Shown piece by piece: positions 58,990-74,250 of a stretch of 124,000 nt of DNA. How positions within the stretch are numbered: position 1 is the first letter of the stretch; every line of letters begins with the position of its first letter. A model generated the notes under the pieces. It was not told the origin of the DNA. It saw nothing but the letters and a program-made list of their open reading frames with translations, and ran no database searches. The translations under genes were made by a program, and so were the position numbers. The DNA is from Octopus vulgaris (Eukaryota): positions 40,072,001-40,196,000 of the forward strand of contig OX597834.1 in the NCBI GenBank assembly GCA_951406725.2. Direction: 5' to 3'.

Positions 58990-61900
58990 TTCTTCGTGTA
59001 AACTTATTTATACATTAAAAGTAGACTCTATAGAAACATCTTTTTTTAATTTTTAATCAAAGAACACATTATAATGCAAATGTTGTATACAGTCTTCAAC
59101 CTCGTTAATGAGTCTGCAGATGAATTCACTTTGTAATGTAACGAAGCAATCAGGCACACACATCTATATAAAAGCATAGAAAGTCAGCCGAGATGACAGA
59201 AACGATAAAGGCCAAAGTTGTTGCCATCAAACACTGGCTTTCCAACAGAATATTTGCTGAATGTCAAATTTACATGATAAAACTCTTTAAAATATAATGT
59301 AAGAGAAAAACGAAAGAGAGACAGACAGACAGAGGAAACAAAAATATATGAATAAGTCTATGCAGCAGAGAAAATTTGACTGAAATTAAAACATTTCTTA
59401 TAGAGTAACTAGTTTCATTCATTTTCCATGTTTAAATATTGCAATTTTAAATGTTATTCTAGTATTTGATTTGGATATTGTGGAGACATCTTTTGTAAGA
59501 GAACACAAACCTGGTCGATTGAAACTATCATATAATGGTCTACTTCTATTTATATTATTAATAGTTTGATCAATGAAAATATGAAGGGAAAGGCATGTCT
59601 ATGCAGCTGTGAACTTTATTTTGCAGCCGCATGGTTTCAGCTTTGGTCTCACTGCATAGTACTTTGGGTCAGTCTCTTCTACAATAACCCTGGAACGACT
59701 AAAGCTTTGTGAGTGAATTTGGCTGATGGAAACTGTATATACACGAGTGCGTTTGTGTGTGCCTTTGGGTTTGTCCCCGCCACTACTTGATAAGCAATGT
59801 TGGTTTGTTTACATCCCTGCAACTTGGCAGATCAGGAAAAGAGGTTAAGAGGACAAATACCAGCAGGCTAAATATAAAAAAAAAATGGCTGGGGTTGATT
59901 TGGTTGACTAAAATTCTCCAAATATAGGCGTAGGAGTGGCTGTGTGGTAAGTAGCTTGCTTGCCAACCACATGGTTCTGGGTTCAGTCCCACTGCGTGGC
60001 ACCTTGGACAAGTGTCTTCTACTATAGCCTCAGGCCGATCAAAGCCTTGTAAGTGGATTTGGTAGACGGAAACTGAAAGAAGCCCGTTGTATATATGTAT
60101 ATATATATATATACATATATATGTGTGTGTGTATATGTTATTGTGTCTGTGTTTCTCCCTCCAACATTGCTTGACAACCGATGCTGGTGTGTTTACGTCC
60201 TCGTAACTTAGCAGTCCTGCAAAAGAGACCGATAGATTAAGTACTAGGCCTACAAAAAATAAGTCCTGGGGTCGATTTGTTTGACGAAAAGACGGTGCTC
60301 CAGCATGGCCACAGTCAAATGACTGGAACAAGTAAAAGAGTAAAAGAGTAAGGTGGTGCTCCAGTATGGCCATAGTAGACTGAAACAGGCTCAAAGGAAA
60401 GAGTAAAGACAAAACAGGAAAACCACCAAAGTTTCTAAGTGATGCATAAAGCAAGAATGGTAACAACATGGGGGGGGGGAGTTGTTTAAAATAGATTCAA
60501 CAAGGAGAATAGGGCAACCTTCAAATAGGACAACCTTCAAATAAGCATAACTATGTGGTTAAGAAGCTCAGGCTTTCAACCATGTGGCTTTTAGTTCAAT
60601 CCCACGGCACAACACCTTGGCCGACTAAGTGTTTTCTACTACAGACCCAGACTGACCAATGTTTTGTGAGCAAATTTGGTAGGTGGAAACTGTGTAGAAG
60701 CCCACCATATCATGAGTCCAACACCCTAACCACAAAGCCATGCACCTCCACAAAGTAAAGTTCCTTCCCGGGACATATGCCCAGTTTCCATGGCATATAA
60801 ATTCCTCACCTGGACAGGACACCGGTCCGTCGCAGGATTACTCCATTTTGCCAGATAAATGGAATGGAGCAATGTGAAATGGAGTGTTTTGCTCAAGAAC
60901 ACAATGCGTCAGCTGGTCCAGGGATCGAAACCACAAGCTTACGATCATGAGTCCAATACCCTGACCACTAAGTCACATGTGCCCCCACATGAGCTGACAC
61001 AGGATTGAGATGTGTGGTTATGTATTGTATTTATAAGGCAGCGAGCTGGCAGAATCGTTAGCACGTCGGGCGAAATGCTTAGCGGTATTTCGGCTGCCGT
61101 TACGTTGTGAGTTCAAATTCCACCGAGGTCGACTTTGCCTTTCATCCTTTCGGGGTCGATAAATTAAGTACCAGTTAAGCACTGGGGTCGATATAATCGA
61201 CTTAATACCTATGTCTGTCCATGTTTGTCCCCTCTATGTTTAGCCCCTTGTGGGTAATAATGAAATAGGTTATGTATTGTATGAACCACTGTAACCTCAA
61301 CTCTGTCACTTCAAGACTTATCTTCTTCCGAGCCCCTACGTAGTCGTCTTACAAGGTGTATGGAGGGTAATATATGCGGATGTACTGAAAATGGACACCA
61401 GTTAAGCTTATACAAATAAGTTGGGTTCTGGTGCAAGTTGGACCAGGATGTGTGGAGGCGTCTTATCTGGAGAGTCTGAGTCACCACATTGGCCTTGACT
61501 TGAATAAACTTCAATGAGAATGTATTGGGTTACAATCAGTGTCAGCAGCAGGAATTATTAAAGGATGTTGGTGATAATGGCAGTGCCCCAGCATGGCCAC
61601 AGGCCTTTGCTGAAACTGGTAATAGGATAATGATGTGGAAGATATGCGGTTACTGTTGTTTGTTTATCCCTAGGTCAGCTCTCATTGGTCAACAGATCTA
61701 TCGTCAAAGACATTCCAGCTATGACTACCTCTGTTCATTATCATCATCATTTAACATTCTCTTTCCATGCTAGCATGGGTGGGACAAGCTTGACAAGAGC
61801 TGGAAAGGCCAGGGACCATGCCAAGTCCTATGGTCTGTTTTGGCATGGTGTCAACAGCTGGATGCCCTTCCTAATGCCAACCACTTTATAGAGTATACTA

Positions 61901-62845
61901 GGGTTTTTTTTTTATGTGACACCATCAGCAGAGCTTTAAATGTGATGCCACCATCATTGCTTTTTACATGGCACCATCACCAGTGATCTTAAAGTGGCAC
62001 CATCACCATTACTTTTTACAATGGTATTGGCACCAATGCTTTTATATGGTACCATCACCAGTGTTTTTTATGACACTATTATCAGTGCACTTTACGTGGC
62101 ACCATCACCAGCGCTCTTTACACGCCACCAATCTAACCCTAGTGCTAACTCTAAACCTAACTCTAAATCCTAACCTAGATCAGATAATTGCAGAGGGTAG
62201 CCTACTAATCCTATGGTAGACTTCACACTGAAACAGCATCAATAAATGCCATTCTGGTGTAAGACTCAGACCATAATTAAGTTTATAAGCAGGTCTCCAG
62301 CAACCAGCCAACTCATCATCATCATCATCATTTAACATCCATTTTCCATGCTAGCATGGGTTGAACGGTTCGACAGTTCGACCGGGGTCTGGGAAGCCAG
62401 AAGGCTGCTCCAGGCTCCAGTCTGATCTGGTAGTGTTTCTACAGCTGGATGCCCTTCCTAACACCAACCACTCCGTGAGTGTAGTGGGTGCTTATTACAT
62501 ACCACCAGCACAGGGATCACAACTACAATTTCCATTGATTTTTGATGTTGATGTACTTGACTCAATAGGTCTCCTCAAGCACAGGGTCGAAACGGTGTTT
62601 CTTTACTTGCTACCTGCACAGGAGTCAGTCCAGTGGCACTGGCAATGGCCGGGTGCCAGTCATAGGATTGGTTCAGTTTCAATTCCAATTTCATCTGGGA
62701 GAAACTGACACTGGGTCTCTTTCTGAAACAATGATCAAGATTCTGAAGGGATAAGTAGTAGGCTTACAAAGAATAAGTCCTGGGGTCGATTTGCTCGACT
62801 AAAGGCGGTGCTCCAGCATGGCCACAGTCAAATGACTGAAACAAG

Positions 62846-62897
<52 letters not shown>

Positions 62898-63479
62898 AAG
62901 AGAGAGACCTACAGACAGACAGAGGTAGGGCTCCACTATTTCTCTTCCTGCAACATTCTAACAACTTGTGTGTGTATACTAAAATATTTTTACCACTGAT
63001 TTCAGTCATAGGACAATGGCCATGCTGGAGCAGTAGTGACTTTTTGTCAGTTACATCAATGTCAGTATCTACTTAGCCTGGGACTCAATCATTCACTTAA
63101 TGAAAGGTCGAGTTCACCTACATGTTGAGTTATATCCCCTGTTCCCTTTCACAGATGTAAATAACACTAGGTATTTATAGCAGGATACAACAACACACAG
63201 ACACACATATTCATTATCGCTCTGACCACTTTCACATTGAGACTTTTCATGATATATCTCAAATGAATATGTACATTTGTGCGTGTATATTTGGATGTAG
63301 TTGTGTACATATATGTGTGTAGGTGTACATAAATGTATGCATGTGTGAAGTATTCCAGTGGGTGACCAGTTCAAAGAAAGCCAGTCTCGACGCTTAGAAT
63401 AAAGAACTCAAAGATAGCTCTGAGAGCGAATAAACATTTAGTCAGAAAAACATTTGACTGTTTATATATATACAAATAC

Positions 63480-63544
<65 letters not shown>

Positions 63545-63779
63545 CATATATATATAGTTGAAATTTATAGATATATATATATACATACATACTTTATAAA
63601 CATTTATAATATACATGTGTGTGTGTATACATACATATTATATATATATATATATATATATATACATACACACTTTATAAATATTTATAATGTACATGTG
63701 TGTGTGTGTATATACATATATATATATGTACATACACATGCACACTTTATAAATATTTATAATGTACATGTGTGTGTGT

Positions 63780-63840
<61 letters not shown>

Positions 63841-64365
63841 AGCCTAGTACTTATTCTATTGGTCACTCTTGCCCAACTGCAAGTAGTGATGGGTGACAAA
63901 CACAAACAGATACACACACACACACACACATATATATACATATATGTATCTACAGGCACAGGTGTGACTGCGTGGTAAGAAGCTTGCTTCCCAGCCACAT
64001 GGTTTGGGGTTCAGTCCCACTGCATGGCACCTTGGGCTATATAGCCTCAGGCTGACCAAAGCCTTGTGAGAGGATTCGGTAGATGGAAACTGAAAGAAAC
64101 CCATATACATATGTATGTATGTATATATATATATGTGTGTGTGTGTGTATATATATGTGTGTGTGTGCACATCCTATCGCTGCTTGTCAACTGGTGTTGG
64201 TGTGTTTGCAACCCCATAACTTAGCAGTTTGGCAAAAGAGATTGATAGAATAAGTAGCATGCTAAAAAAATAAGCACTGGGGTTGATTCATTCGACTAAA
64301 AATTGAAGGTAATGCCCCAGCATGGGCCACAGTCTAATGACTGAAACATATATGTACATGTATGC

Positions 64366-64408
<43 letters not shown>

Positions 64409-65053
64409 ATCATGTTTTGAGTTTTATTTTTCTTATTTGCATCACCAGATGTGTGTGTGTATGTGTATATATATATGCCAATGTTAATAAATATTGCGTG
64501 TATACATATATAAATACAGGTGTGCATGTGTGTATGTATATATATATATATTTGTATACATATAACACATACATGCAAGGCAGACTTCTGCAATTTCCGT
64601 CTTCCAAATTTCATTCAAAAGTCATTATATATAAATAGATTAGCTACAGTGTCTGTGTGTGTGCATGTGTGTGTGTGTATTTTTATACTGTAATATATAT
64701 ATATATCTATGAACACTTACAGGGAAGTGTGTATGTATGTGTGTAACTATGTGAGCAAGTCATGTATGTATGTGTAATGAAATGTATAGTGTAGCATGAA
64801 AGAGATAAACAGAAAGATGTGTGTGAACACCTACAGACAGGTGTGTGAATGTGTGTGTGTGTGTTTATGTGTGTGTGTAATGGAAAATATTCACAATACT
64901 AAAAATAAACAAAATAAGTGTGTATGTGTGTGTGTGTGTGTATATACTGAATACATGCATAGGAGTACCTACAGACAGGTGTGTGTATGTGTGTGCATAT
65001 GTAATGAAATATGTTTCAAAGATTAATAATGAATGAGAGAGAGAGAGAGAGAG

Positions 65054-65096
<43 letters not shown>

Positions 65097-65636
65097 AATG
65101 AAAAAGGTTCACAATACTAAAGATAAACAAAATAAAAGTGTATATGTGTGAGTATATACTGAAATATATGTGCATGAACACCTACAGACAGGTGTGTATG
65201 CACGTGTGTGTATATGTAACAAAATGTTTCAAATATCAATAATGATAAGATTATGTGTGTGCATGCATGTGCGTGAATGTGCGTATATGCAAGTGTGTAT
65301 ATGCATGTACATGTGTGTGTATATGCCTGTGTGTGTGCATACGCTTACTGAAATAAATGTACATACATTAATAAGAAATAAACAGAAATGTGTGCATGTG
65401 TTTATACTTAAATATATATGTGTATATATATGTATAAACATCAACCAGTAAGAGTGTGTGTGTGCGTGTGTGCACATGTGTACTTGTGTATGTGTGTCAG
65501 ATAATATCCAAAAGTGAAACAACAACCACAAAATAATTAGAAAATGGATCCGCAGTTGGCATCAACAATGGCTATATCAGTTATTTGATCAGCAGAACCG
65601 GTTGAATATCCCACAGACATTCATACTGCCACACCG

Positions 65637-65674
<38 letters not shown>

Positions 65675-66939
65675 CCCAGAACTACTACCTACTCCCTGAA
65701 ACTCATAGTAAAAATCTAATTAGTAATTAGCTGAAGGACACGTGTGCCGTTACTGAACTAGAAATAGACACTCTCCAAAGAACAACTTGCTCATTAAATT
65801 ACATTCTAAGTAGTGGTCGAGTACTCCACAGACTCGTCTACCTTTAACATATTCTTTGAGGAAAAAAATCAGCATGACATAGGGTTTGGCATGGCTGGAC
65901 ACTCAACATTTATGTGACTGATATAATTTGTTCTCCATTTGACAGGTTCTCACATGCAGCTACTGTCTACTCTGAGGGTCTGTATAAAATTTTTTGGGGT
66001 CAACAGATACAATAGTAAATTGGGGCTCTACAGTAATTTTTCAAGGGCCTTGAAAAAATTGAGAGTGAAGTTTACGTACAATGAATCAGTTATACATCTA
66101 CAATAAACAGAATATTTTGACCATTTTTATACAAGTTCTAATAATATTTAGTCATAAAAATACAATAGGATTTTTTAAGCATCGAATATTTATAGGGTAC
66201 ACCCATTAAGATAGGAATCAAAGGGGTCGACAGGTAAAAAATGGTTTGAGAACCCCTGGTCTACCCATATTTTATTTCATGTGTTTCTGTTGACCCTGAA
66301 GCTATGGTGATAGAAAAACACATTCAAGGTGTCACATAATGAAATTGAACTTGGGTCCTTCATGCCTGAAAACGAAACTTCTAAACCATTTTCAATGCAA
66401 ACCTCTTAGCTAATGGTTTTTAACCTTTTTAATATCTGGGTCAGATCCAAAACCTGTGTTTTTTTTTTTAGGGGCCTGCACCAGAAAAAGTAAAACAGAA
66501 GTCAATTAGAGAAAAATTTATATTTATGTAGAGTGAAAACCATCAGGGACTGCCAGAAGGATGTCTAAGGGCCACATGCATCCCTGGGAGCCACGATTGA
66601 GGACTACTGCTCTAGACTGTAGCTCTACCAGTTAGAAATAACAGCTAAATCTTCCTCATAGTAAACCCTCTAGGAAGTACTTCTACCAATTAGAAAACAC
66701 ATCCAAAACCTCATGTGATGAAATTGAACGTGTACCCCTCGTGCTTACAAAGAAAATTTCTAAACTATTTACAATCCAAGCCTCTGGGTCAGGGATTCCC
66801 AGCCTGGGGTCTTCAAACACAATACTGAATATCCCTGAACTAAATTCAAACTTTTATATATATACACACACACACACGAGGATATGCATATTAAAAGGGG
66901 TCAGTGGGAAAACTAATTTAAAAAAGGGGCGGGAACCAC

Positions 66940-67170
66940 TACTCTAGATAGTATGCCTTTACCAGCTAGAAATAACAGCCAAATCTCCCTCACATCAGGC
67001 CTTCTAAGTAGTAACCCTACCAGTTAGAAATAACAGCCAAATGCTCCTCACATTAGGCCTTCTAAGTAGTAGCTCTACCAGTTAGAAATAACAGCCAAAT
67101 GCCCCTCACATCAGACCCTCTAGGTAGTAACTCTACCAGTTAGAAATAACAGCCAAATCTCCCTCATATA
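66940..67170. repeat. 58-bp tandem repeat, 4 copies
   Basis: ctaccagttagaaataacagccaaat recurs every 58 bp. Confidence 0.9.
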
Positions 67171-67355
67171 AGACCATTGTACCTTCGGCAAAAAACAATA
67201 CAGTAGAGTTATATACTACTAATAAACAAACAAAAAAAAGACAAAAAATAAATGAGATGGGCATGGCTAGAATAACCCCAAGCAGGCAGAGGTGACCGAG
67301 GGCTAAATGAGAACAGTATTATCAACAACAACAGCATGAACAAGACAACACTCAC

Positions 67356-67375
67356 CGAGAGAGTACTTTTTCCAC
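67356..67375 (-). CDS. 20-nt micro-exon (G)GKSTLS, phase 1 to 0
   Basis: tttcattgacaatgttctccag|GTGGAAAAAGTACTCTCTCG|gtgagt. Bridges the phase-1 end of exon 103515-103659 to the phase-0 exon 35701-35760. Confidence 0.5.
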
Positions 67376-68147
67376 CTGGAGAACATTGTCAATGAAAGTG
67401 TAGAAACACAACCGTTATAGTACACTATGTGTGGTTGGATGTGTGTGTGTGTGTGTGGCTGGATGTGTGTATGTATGTGTATACATATATGTATGTGTGT
67501 GTGTGTGAGTGTGTAGATGGATGTGTGCGGGATTATATATGGTATATATGTCCGTCGGTGTGTGAGTATATTTGTTGGGTGTTTGTGTGTATGTTTACAT
67601 AAATGTATGTGTGTGTGTGTGGATTGATTTAAGGATTTACGTGTATGTGTGTGCGTGTGTGTGTGTGTGTGTGTATGTGTACAGGTGGTGTGTGTGTGTG
67701 TGTAGACAGAGGTGTTATAATCCACAGGTGTAAAGTTAGGTTCCTGTCGAGATGAATTAAAAGTTGGCAATGAAGAACAACACCGATAGAAATAGCGTGT
67801 GTATGTGTGTGTATGTGTGTGTGTATGTGTGTGTATGTATGTATGTGTGTGTGCACACGTGTGTATCTATATGTGTGTATATCTGTGCATGTGTGTATAT
67901 ATATATGTTTGTGTGTGCATATCTATATGTGTGTGTATATCAATGTGTGTCTGGGTGATTATTATTCAATATGTGTATATGTAAGAATGAATATACATAC
68001 ATACATATATATTTATTTAAGTCCATATGTGTGTGTGCATACATATGTGTGTGCATGTGTGTGTGTGTATCAATATATATTCATGTAGGGAAGTATAAAT
68101 ATCTTTATATTAGTGTATGTGTGGGCATATATATATATATGTGTATG

Positions 68148-68178
<31 letters not shown>

Positions 68179-68395
68179 TTATATATGTATGTCTGTGTAT
68201 ATATATATATATATATATTTATACACACACACATGCACGTGTGTGAGTGTATATAAGGGTATGTCTATACGAATATGTATGTTTATCCCCCACCCACCCC
68301 AGAATCATTTCACAGGGGCAACATGAAGTGAGGTGCCGAATGCATCATGTGCTTATTACACGAGTGTTGCTTTAGTAGTAATAGTGGTGGCGATG

Positions 68396-68444
<49 letters not shown>

Positions 68445-68524
68445 CAATAGTAGTGGTGGTGGTGGTGGTAGCTTTAGTGTGTTAATGAAGATGCGGATTG
68501 GTGGTTGTGGTGGTGGTGGTAGTA

Positions 68525-68581
<57 letters not shown>

Positions 68582-68872
68582 ATTGGAGTGGCAGCAGCAG
68601 CAGTGTCAGCAGCAGCAGTGTCAGCAGCAACAGGAGGAATATATTTATTTCGCAGGATGTCCGATTATATTCTCTACTGCTGAAACTACAGGATGGCTGG
68701 CTGGCTGGCTGGCTGCTGATGTTGTGGTGGTGGTCGTGGTGGGAGCAAGGAGGGTGCCATTGAAAGATTCCTCCTCAATAAGGTGGAAGAAACCAGATGA
68801 AAATCAATGTGTGTGTGAGTGCGTGCATGTATTATTCCAACAAGTGTGTATACACACACACACACACATGTG

Positions 68873-68903
<31 letters not shown>

Positions 68904-68904
68904 T

Positions 68905-69108
68905 ACTCTTTTAACTCTTTTACTTGTTTCAGTCATTTGACTGCGGCCATGCTGGAGCACCACCTTTAGTCGAGCAAATCGACCCCGGGACTTATTCTTT
69001 GTAAGCCCAGTACTTATTCTATTGGTCTCTTTTGCCGAACCGCTAAGTGACGGGGAACATAAACACACCAGGATCGGTTGTCAAGCAATGCTAGGGGGAC
69101 AAACACAA

Positions 69109-69181
<73 letters not shown>

Positions 69182-69346
69182 TACGACAGGCTTCTTTCAG
69201 TTTCCGTCTACCAAATCCACTCACAAGGCATTGGTCGGCCCGGGGCTATAGCAGAAGACACTTGCCCAAGATGCCATGCAGTGGGACTGAACCCGGAACC
69301 ATGTGGCTGGTTAGCAAGCTACTTACCACACAGCCACTCCTGCGCC
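68905..69346 (-). mobile_element. SINE family 1, young subfamily copy
   Basis: Nearly identical to 15772-16186 and 123531-123976. Confidence 0.9.
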
Positions 69347-70099
69347 TATTATATATATATATATATATATATTCACTCTCATAGATTTATATTCAGATTT
69401 TACTAAGCCTATATATATATATTTCTTTACAACCCAAAAGGGGCTAAACACAGAGGGCACAAACAAGGAGAGACAAAGGGATTAAGTCGATTACATTGAC
69501 CCCAGCACGTAACTAGTACTTAATTTATCGACCCCAAAAGGATGAAAGGCAAAGTCGACCTTGGCAGAATTTGAACTCGGAACATAACGACGGACGACTA
69601 AGCCTATATATATACACACAAAGAGATATATATATATATACACACTCAAAGATATATACACATAGTAGCATGGAGAGCTGTGTGGTGGAGAAGACCATTT
69701 TACCATTCTGATATCATGCAGCTTCAGGTTCAATCCCACAGCACAGCACCATGGACAAGCTTTGTGAATGAAATTGTGTTTATGTATATAGATGAATGGG
69801 AGTGAGGGAGGGATGAAGGGAGAGAAAGAGGGAGGGATCAGAGAGACAGACAGATAGACATTCTTTTGTTTCAGTCACTTGACTGCGGCCATGCTGGAGC
69901 ACCGCCTTTAAGCATTTTAGTCAAACAAATCAACCCCACGACTTACATTCTTTCTTTCTTTTTTTTTTTTTTTTTTGTAAGCCTAGTACTTATTCTATCA
70001 GTCTCTTTTGCTAAAATGCTCAGTTACAGGGACATAAATATACCAACACCGGCTGTCAAGTGGTAATTGTGGGGAACAAACACAGACACTCACACACAC

Positions 70100-71050
70100 A
70101 TATATATAAAGTCAAGAAAGTTCTTGCAGTTTTTAACCTTTAAATTCAGATGCACATATCTCGGCTCGAACAAAATTTTATTAATCAAAATAAACACCAT
70201 CAGAATCAACACACTTTTGCCAACACGAAACCAGTTTATTTATGCCAGTAGCATAAAAATCCTGCATTCTGGTGGTGATGAAGTCGTTGAAGGCGTTTTT
70301 GCCATCGTCTTGGTTTTTCAAGCATTTCTCATGCAGGAAGTTGTCGAGATACTTGAAAAAGTGGTAGTCGGGAGGAAAAAGGTCTGGTGAGTATGGTGGA
70401 TGAGGCAGAGTTTCGTAGCCCAATTTGTTCAACTTCTACAGGGTCAGTTGTGCAACATGCAGCCGAGCATTGTGAAAAAGAATTGGTCCTTTTCTATTGA
70501 CCAATGCTGGCTGTTGTTGTCAGAGTTTCTTATGCATTTCATCCATTTGCTGAGAGTATTTCTCTGCCGTAATGGTTTCACCTGGATCCAAAAAGCTGTG
70601 ATGGATGAGACCGGCCGCAGACCACCAAACAGTCACCATGACCTTCTTTTGGTGCAACTTTGGCTTTGGGAAGTGCCATGGAGCTTCATTGGCATCCAAC
70701 CACTGAGCTGATCGTTGACGGTTGCCGTAAAGAATTCACTTTTCATTGCAAGTCACAATCTGCTCAAGAAATGGGTCATTCTTGTTGCATAAAAGAAGGG
70801 AAGACAACGCTTCAAAATGGCATTTTTCTTTGGTTGGCGTTCAATTCGTGTGGCACCCATTTCTCAAGTATTTTTATTTTTCCAATCTCTTTCAAGTGGT
70901 TGGAAATTGTCGTATACGTTACGTCTAATTCAGAAGCAAGCTCTCGAACAGTTGCGAGTTGATTGGCTTCCACTAAGGTTCTTAGTTGATCATTGTCAAC
71001 ATCCGATGGCTGACCACCCTCTAGTATTTGTCCTTTTCTCTCCTAGCAGA
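70100..71050 (-). pseudogene. degenerate mariner transposase
   Basis: WVPHEL and LPHPPYSPDLFPPDYHFF...KLVSCWQKCVDSDGVYFD* motifs with frameshifts. Confidence 0.85.
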
Positions 71051-71943
71051 TAATGATGAGGATGATGATGAAGATGATACTGTTTGTATCAGTCATTAGT
71101 CATGGTTAAAATTAACTCTTTCCTTGCACTGCTCGACTGATTATGCAAATGATTAAGCCATGACCAACTCCACTAGGTATTTCTTCCACTTCTTAGCAAC
71201 ACTCCCTGAAGGCCCAGATGCCTTCCCAACCTTCATGTCTTTCATTGCACTATTCACTATACTGCTGTCAACATTCAATAGCTGGTCCCTCTTTTGAGTC
71301 TACTTGGAACCGCCCCTCTCTCTCCCTCTCTCTCATGCATTCTCTTCATTTAACAACCCCTTCTCTGAGCAATTCCATACCATTTTCCCCATTTTTCCTT
71401 TTGACAGTAGCGAAAGCATGCCGTACCACTATCATTCCATGCTCATTCCTTATTTCTTTACTGCCCACAAGGGGCTAAACACAGAGGGGACAAACAAGGA
71501 CAGACGAATGGATTAAGTCGATTATATTGACCCCAGTACGTAACTGGTACTTATTTAATCGACCCCGAAAGGATGAAAGGCAAAGTCAACCTCGACGGAA
71601 TTTGAACTCAGAACGTAGCGTCAGATGAAAAACCGCAAAGCATTTCGCCCGGCGTTCTAACGTTTCTGCCAGCTCGCCATCTTCCATGTACATTCCTGCT
71701 TAATGATGTTTCAATTCTCTCAGTCGTACACCACCTTGCAACACACACACACACACACACACAAAGAGAGAGAGAAAAAGACAGAGTCTGAAGAAGCAAA
71801 ATACCAACTGTTTCCTTGGTTTGTTGTGTGTTGTGTCTATGTTTACAGTGCTTAACCTTGCTGTAACACGATAAGGTTAAACTTTGCTGATGCTCTTGGT
71901 GTTACAATTGCTCCTTTATACATACAAACATTACATACATACA

Positions 71944-72026
<83 letters not shown>

Positions 72027-73009
72027 TGGGAGTGGCTGTGTGGTAAGTAGCTTGCTAACCAACCACATGGTTCCGGGTTCAGTCCCACTGCGTGGCATCT
72101 TGGGCAAGTGTCTTCTGTTATAGCCCCAGGCCAACCAATGCCTTGTGAGTGGTTTTGGTAGACGGAAACTGAAAGAAGCCTGTCATATATATGTATATAT
72201 ATGTGTGTGTGTGTGTGTATGTGTTTGTGTCTGTGTATATATACACACACACACACAGTGCATATATATATGATATATATATAAATTTAATTTTTATATA
72301 TATATATTATTTATATATATAAATTTATATAAGGATAACTCTTTTACTCTTTTACTTGCTTCAGTTATTTGACTGTGGCCATGCTGGAGCACCACCTTTA
72401 GTCGAGCAAATCGACCCCAGGACTTATTCTTTGTAAGCCTAGTACTTATTCTATCAGTCTCTTTTGCCGAACCACTAAGTTATGGGGACGTAAACACACC
72501 AGCTTCAGTTGTCAAGTGATATTGGGAAGACGAACACAGACACAAACATATACACACACACATACATACATATATATATATACATATATACAACGGGCTT
72601 CTTTCAGTTTCCGTCTACCAAATCCTTTCACAAGGCTTTGATCAATCTGAGGCTATGGTAGAAGATACTTGCCCAAGGTGCCACGCAGTGAGACTGAAAC
72701 CGGAACCAATCACCCCCTTTTGGCTACCCCATTGTCACCTCAGCTTTTTTCAACACCCTCCAGGGGAGGCAGTACCACCCACTTTGAGAACCCCAGCTTT
72801 ACAGTATATCATCTGGCTCAAACCCTACCTGCCTGAAGATCCTACTCCAACGTTGATCCCAAGTTTAGTCATGGTAACCAAAGTTCCCTTAGTCTGCTTA
72901 ATGATGGAATAGAAGGCAAGGACCCTCCCAGATCATATAGAGTGGGCTGGAGAAGACACCCATGCACAGGATTTTCCCAGGGGCAGACCACTGCTAGCCT
73001 AAACTCGGC

Positions 73010-73074
<65 letters not shown>

Positions 73075-73180
73075 GTGGTGCATATAATGGATACAACAAG
73101 TCCCTTTAAGATATATATGCACACAAGAATCATTAACAAGAGGCAAAGCAAAAGATGGCAGTTGTTATTAAAACTACATA

Positions 73181-73592
73181 GGTGCAGGAGTGGCTGTGTG
73201 GTAAGGAGCTTGCTTACCAACCACATAGTTCCGGGTTCAGTCCCACTGCGTGGCATCTTGGGCAAGTGTCTTTTACTATAGCCTTGGGCCGACCAAAGCC
73301 TTGTGAGTGGATTTGGTAAACGGAAACTGAAAGAAGCCCGTCGTATATATGTATATATATATATATGTATGTGTGTTTGTTTGTGTGTCTGTGTTTGTCC
73401 CCCTAGCATTGCTTGACAACCGATGCTGGTGTGTTTATGTCCCCGTAACTGAGCGGTTCGGCAAAAGAGACCGATAGAATATGTACTGGGCTTAAAAAGA
73501 ATAAGTCCCGGGGTCGAGTTGCTCGATTAAAGGCAGTGCACCAGCATGGCCACAGTCAAAATGACTGAAACAAGTAAAAAGAGAGAAAGAGA
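73181..73592 (+). mobile_element. SINE family 1 copy in the opposite orientation
   Basis: Full head-to-tail copy. Confidence 0.9.
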
Positions 73593-73878
73593 GGACATTC
73601 ACCATTCTCCATTTCTTCATTCTTTGCAGAGTTAAATGGTAAAGAAAAACATGGAATTGTCACAATATCACTGAAATATTTCAGAGCAATAAACAGTTCC
73701 CATTATATATATATATATCCATGTATGTATGTATAGAGATGTGTGCATGTGTTTATATATATATATATATATGAAATGGTGTATATTATGTTATATATAT
73801 TTGTGTATATAATGTTATACAGCAGTAACTGGTTTAGAGTGAATTTCCGTTTTGACATCACATCATCTCCGTCTTTTC

Positions 73879-73928
<50 letters not shown>

Positions 73929-74214
73929 CGTGTGTGTGTGTGTGCATGTGAGTCAGTGTTTATGTGTACGTCTGTGTGTGTGTGCCGGTGTGTGTACATG
74001 TGTCAGTGTGTGTGTGTGTGTGTGTGTATGTGAATGAATGCATATGTGGTATAAGCATATGTGTGTGTGTGTGTGTGTGTGAATGTATGTATAAGTGCAT
74101 ATATCAGTATATATTTGCACCAGAGTGTATGTAAGTGCACATGGCCGTATGTGTATATGCATGAGTGTGCATGTATCCCAATATGTGTATATGTGTGTCT
74201 GTGTAGCTACATAC

Positions 74215-74250
<36 letters not shown>

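Noticed and set aside
59165-59200. TATATAAAAG followed by an ATG on the plus strand as a promoter
   Set aside because: Short ORF, no splice donor, and the motif is frequent in AT-rich DNA.
67356-67375. GGKSTLS as a Walker A P-loop
   Set aside because: The joined upstream context (RRCTQGGKST) lacks the GxxxxGK spacing and the preceding hydrophobic strand.
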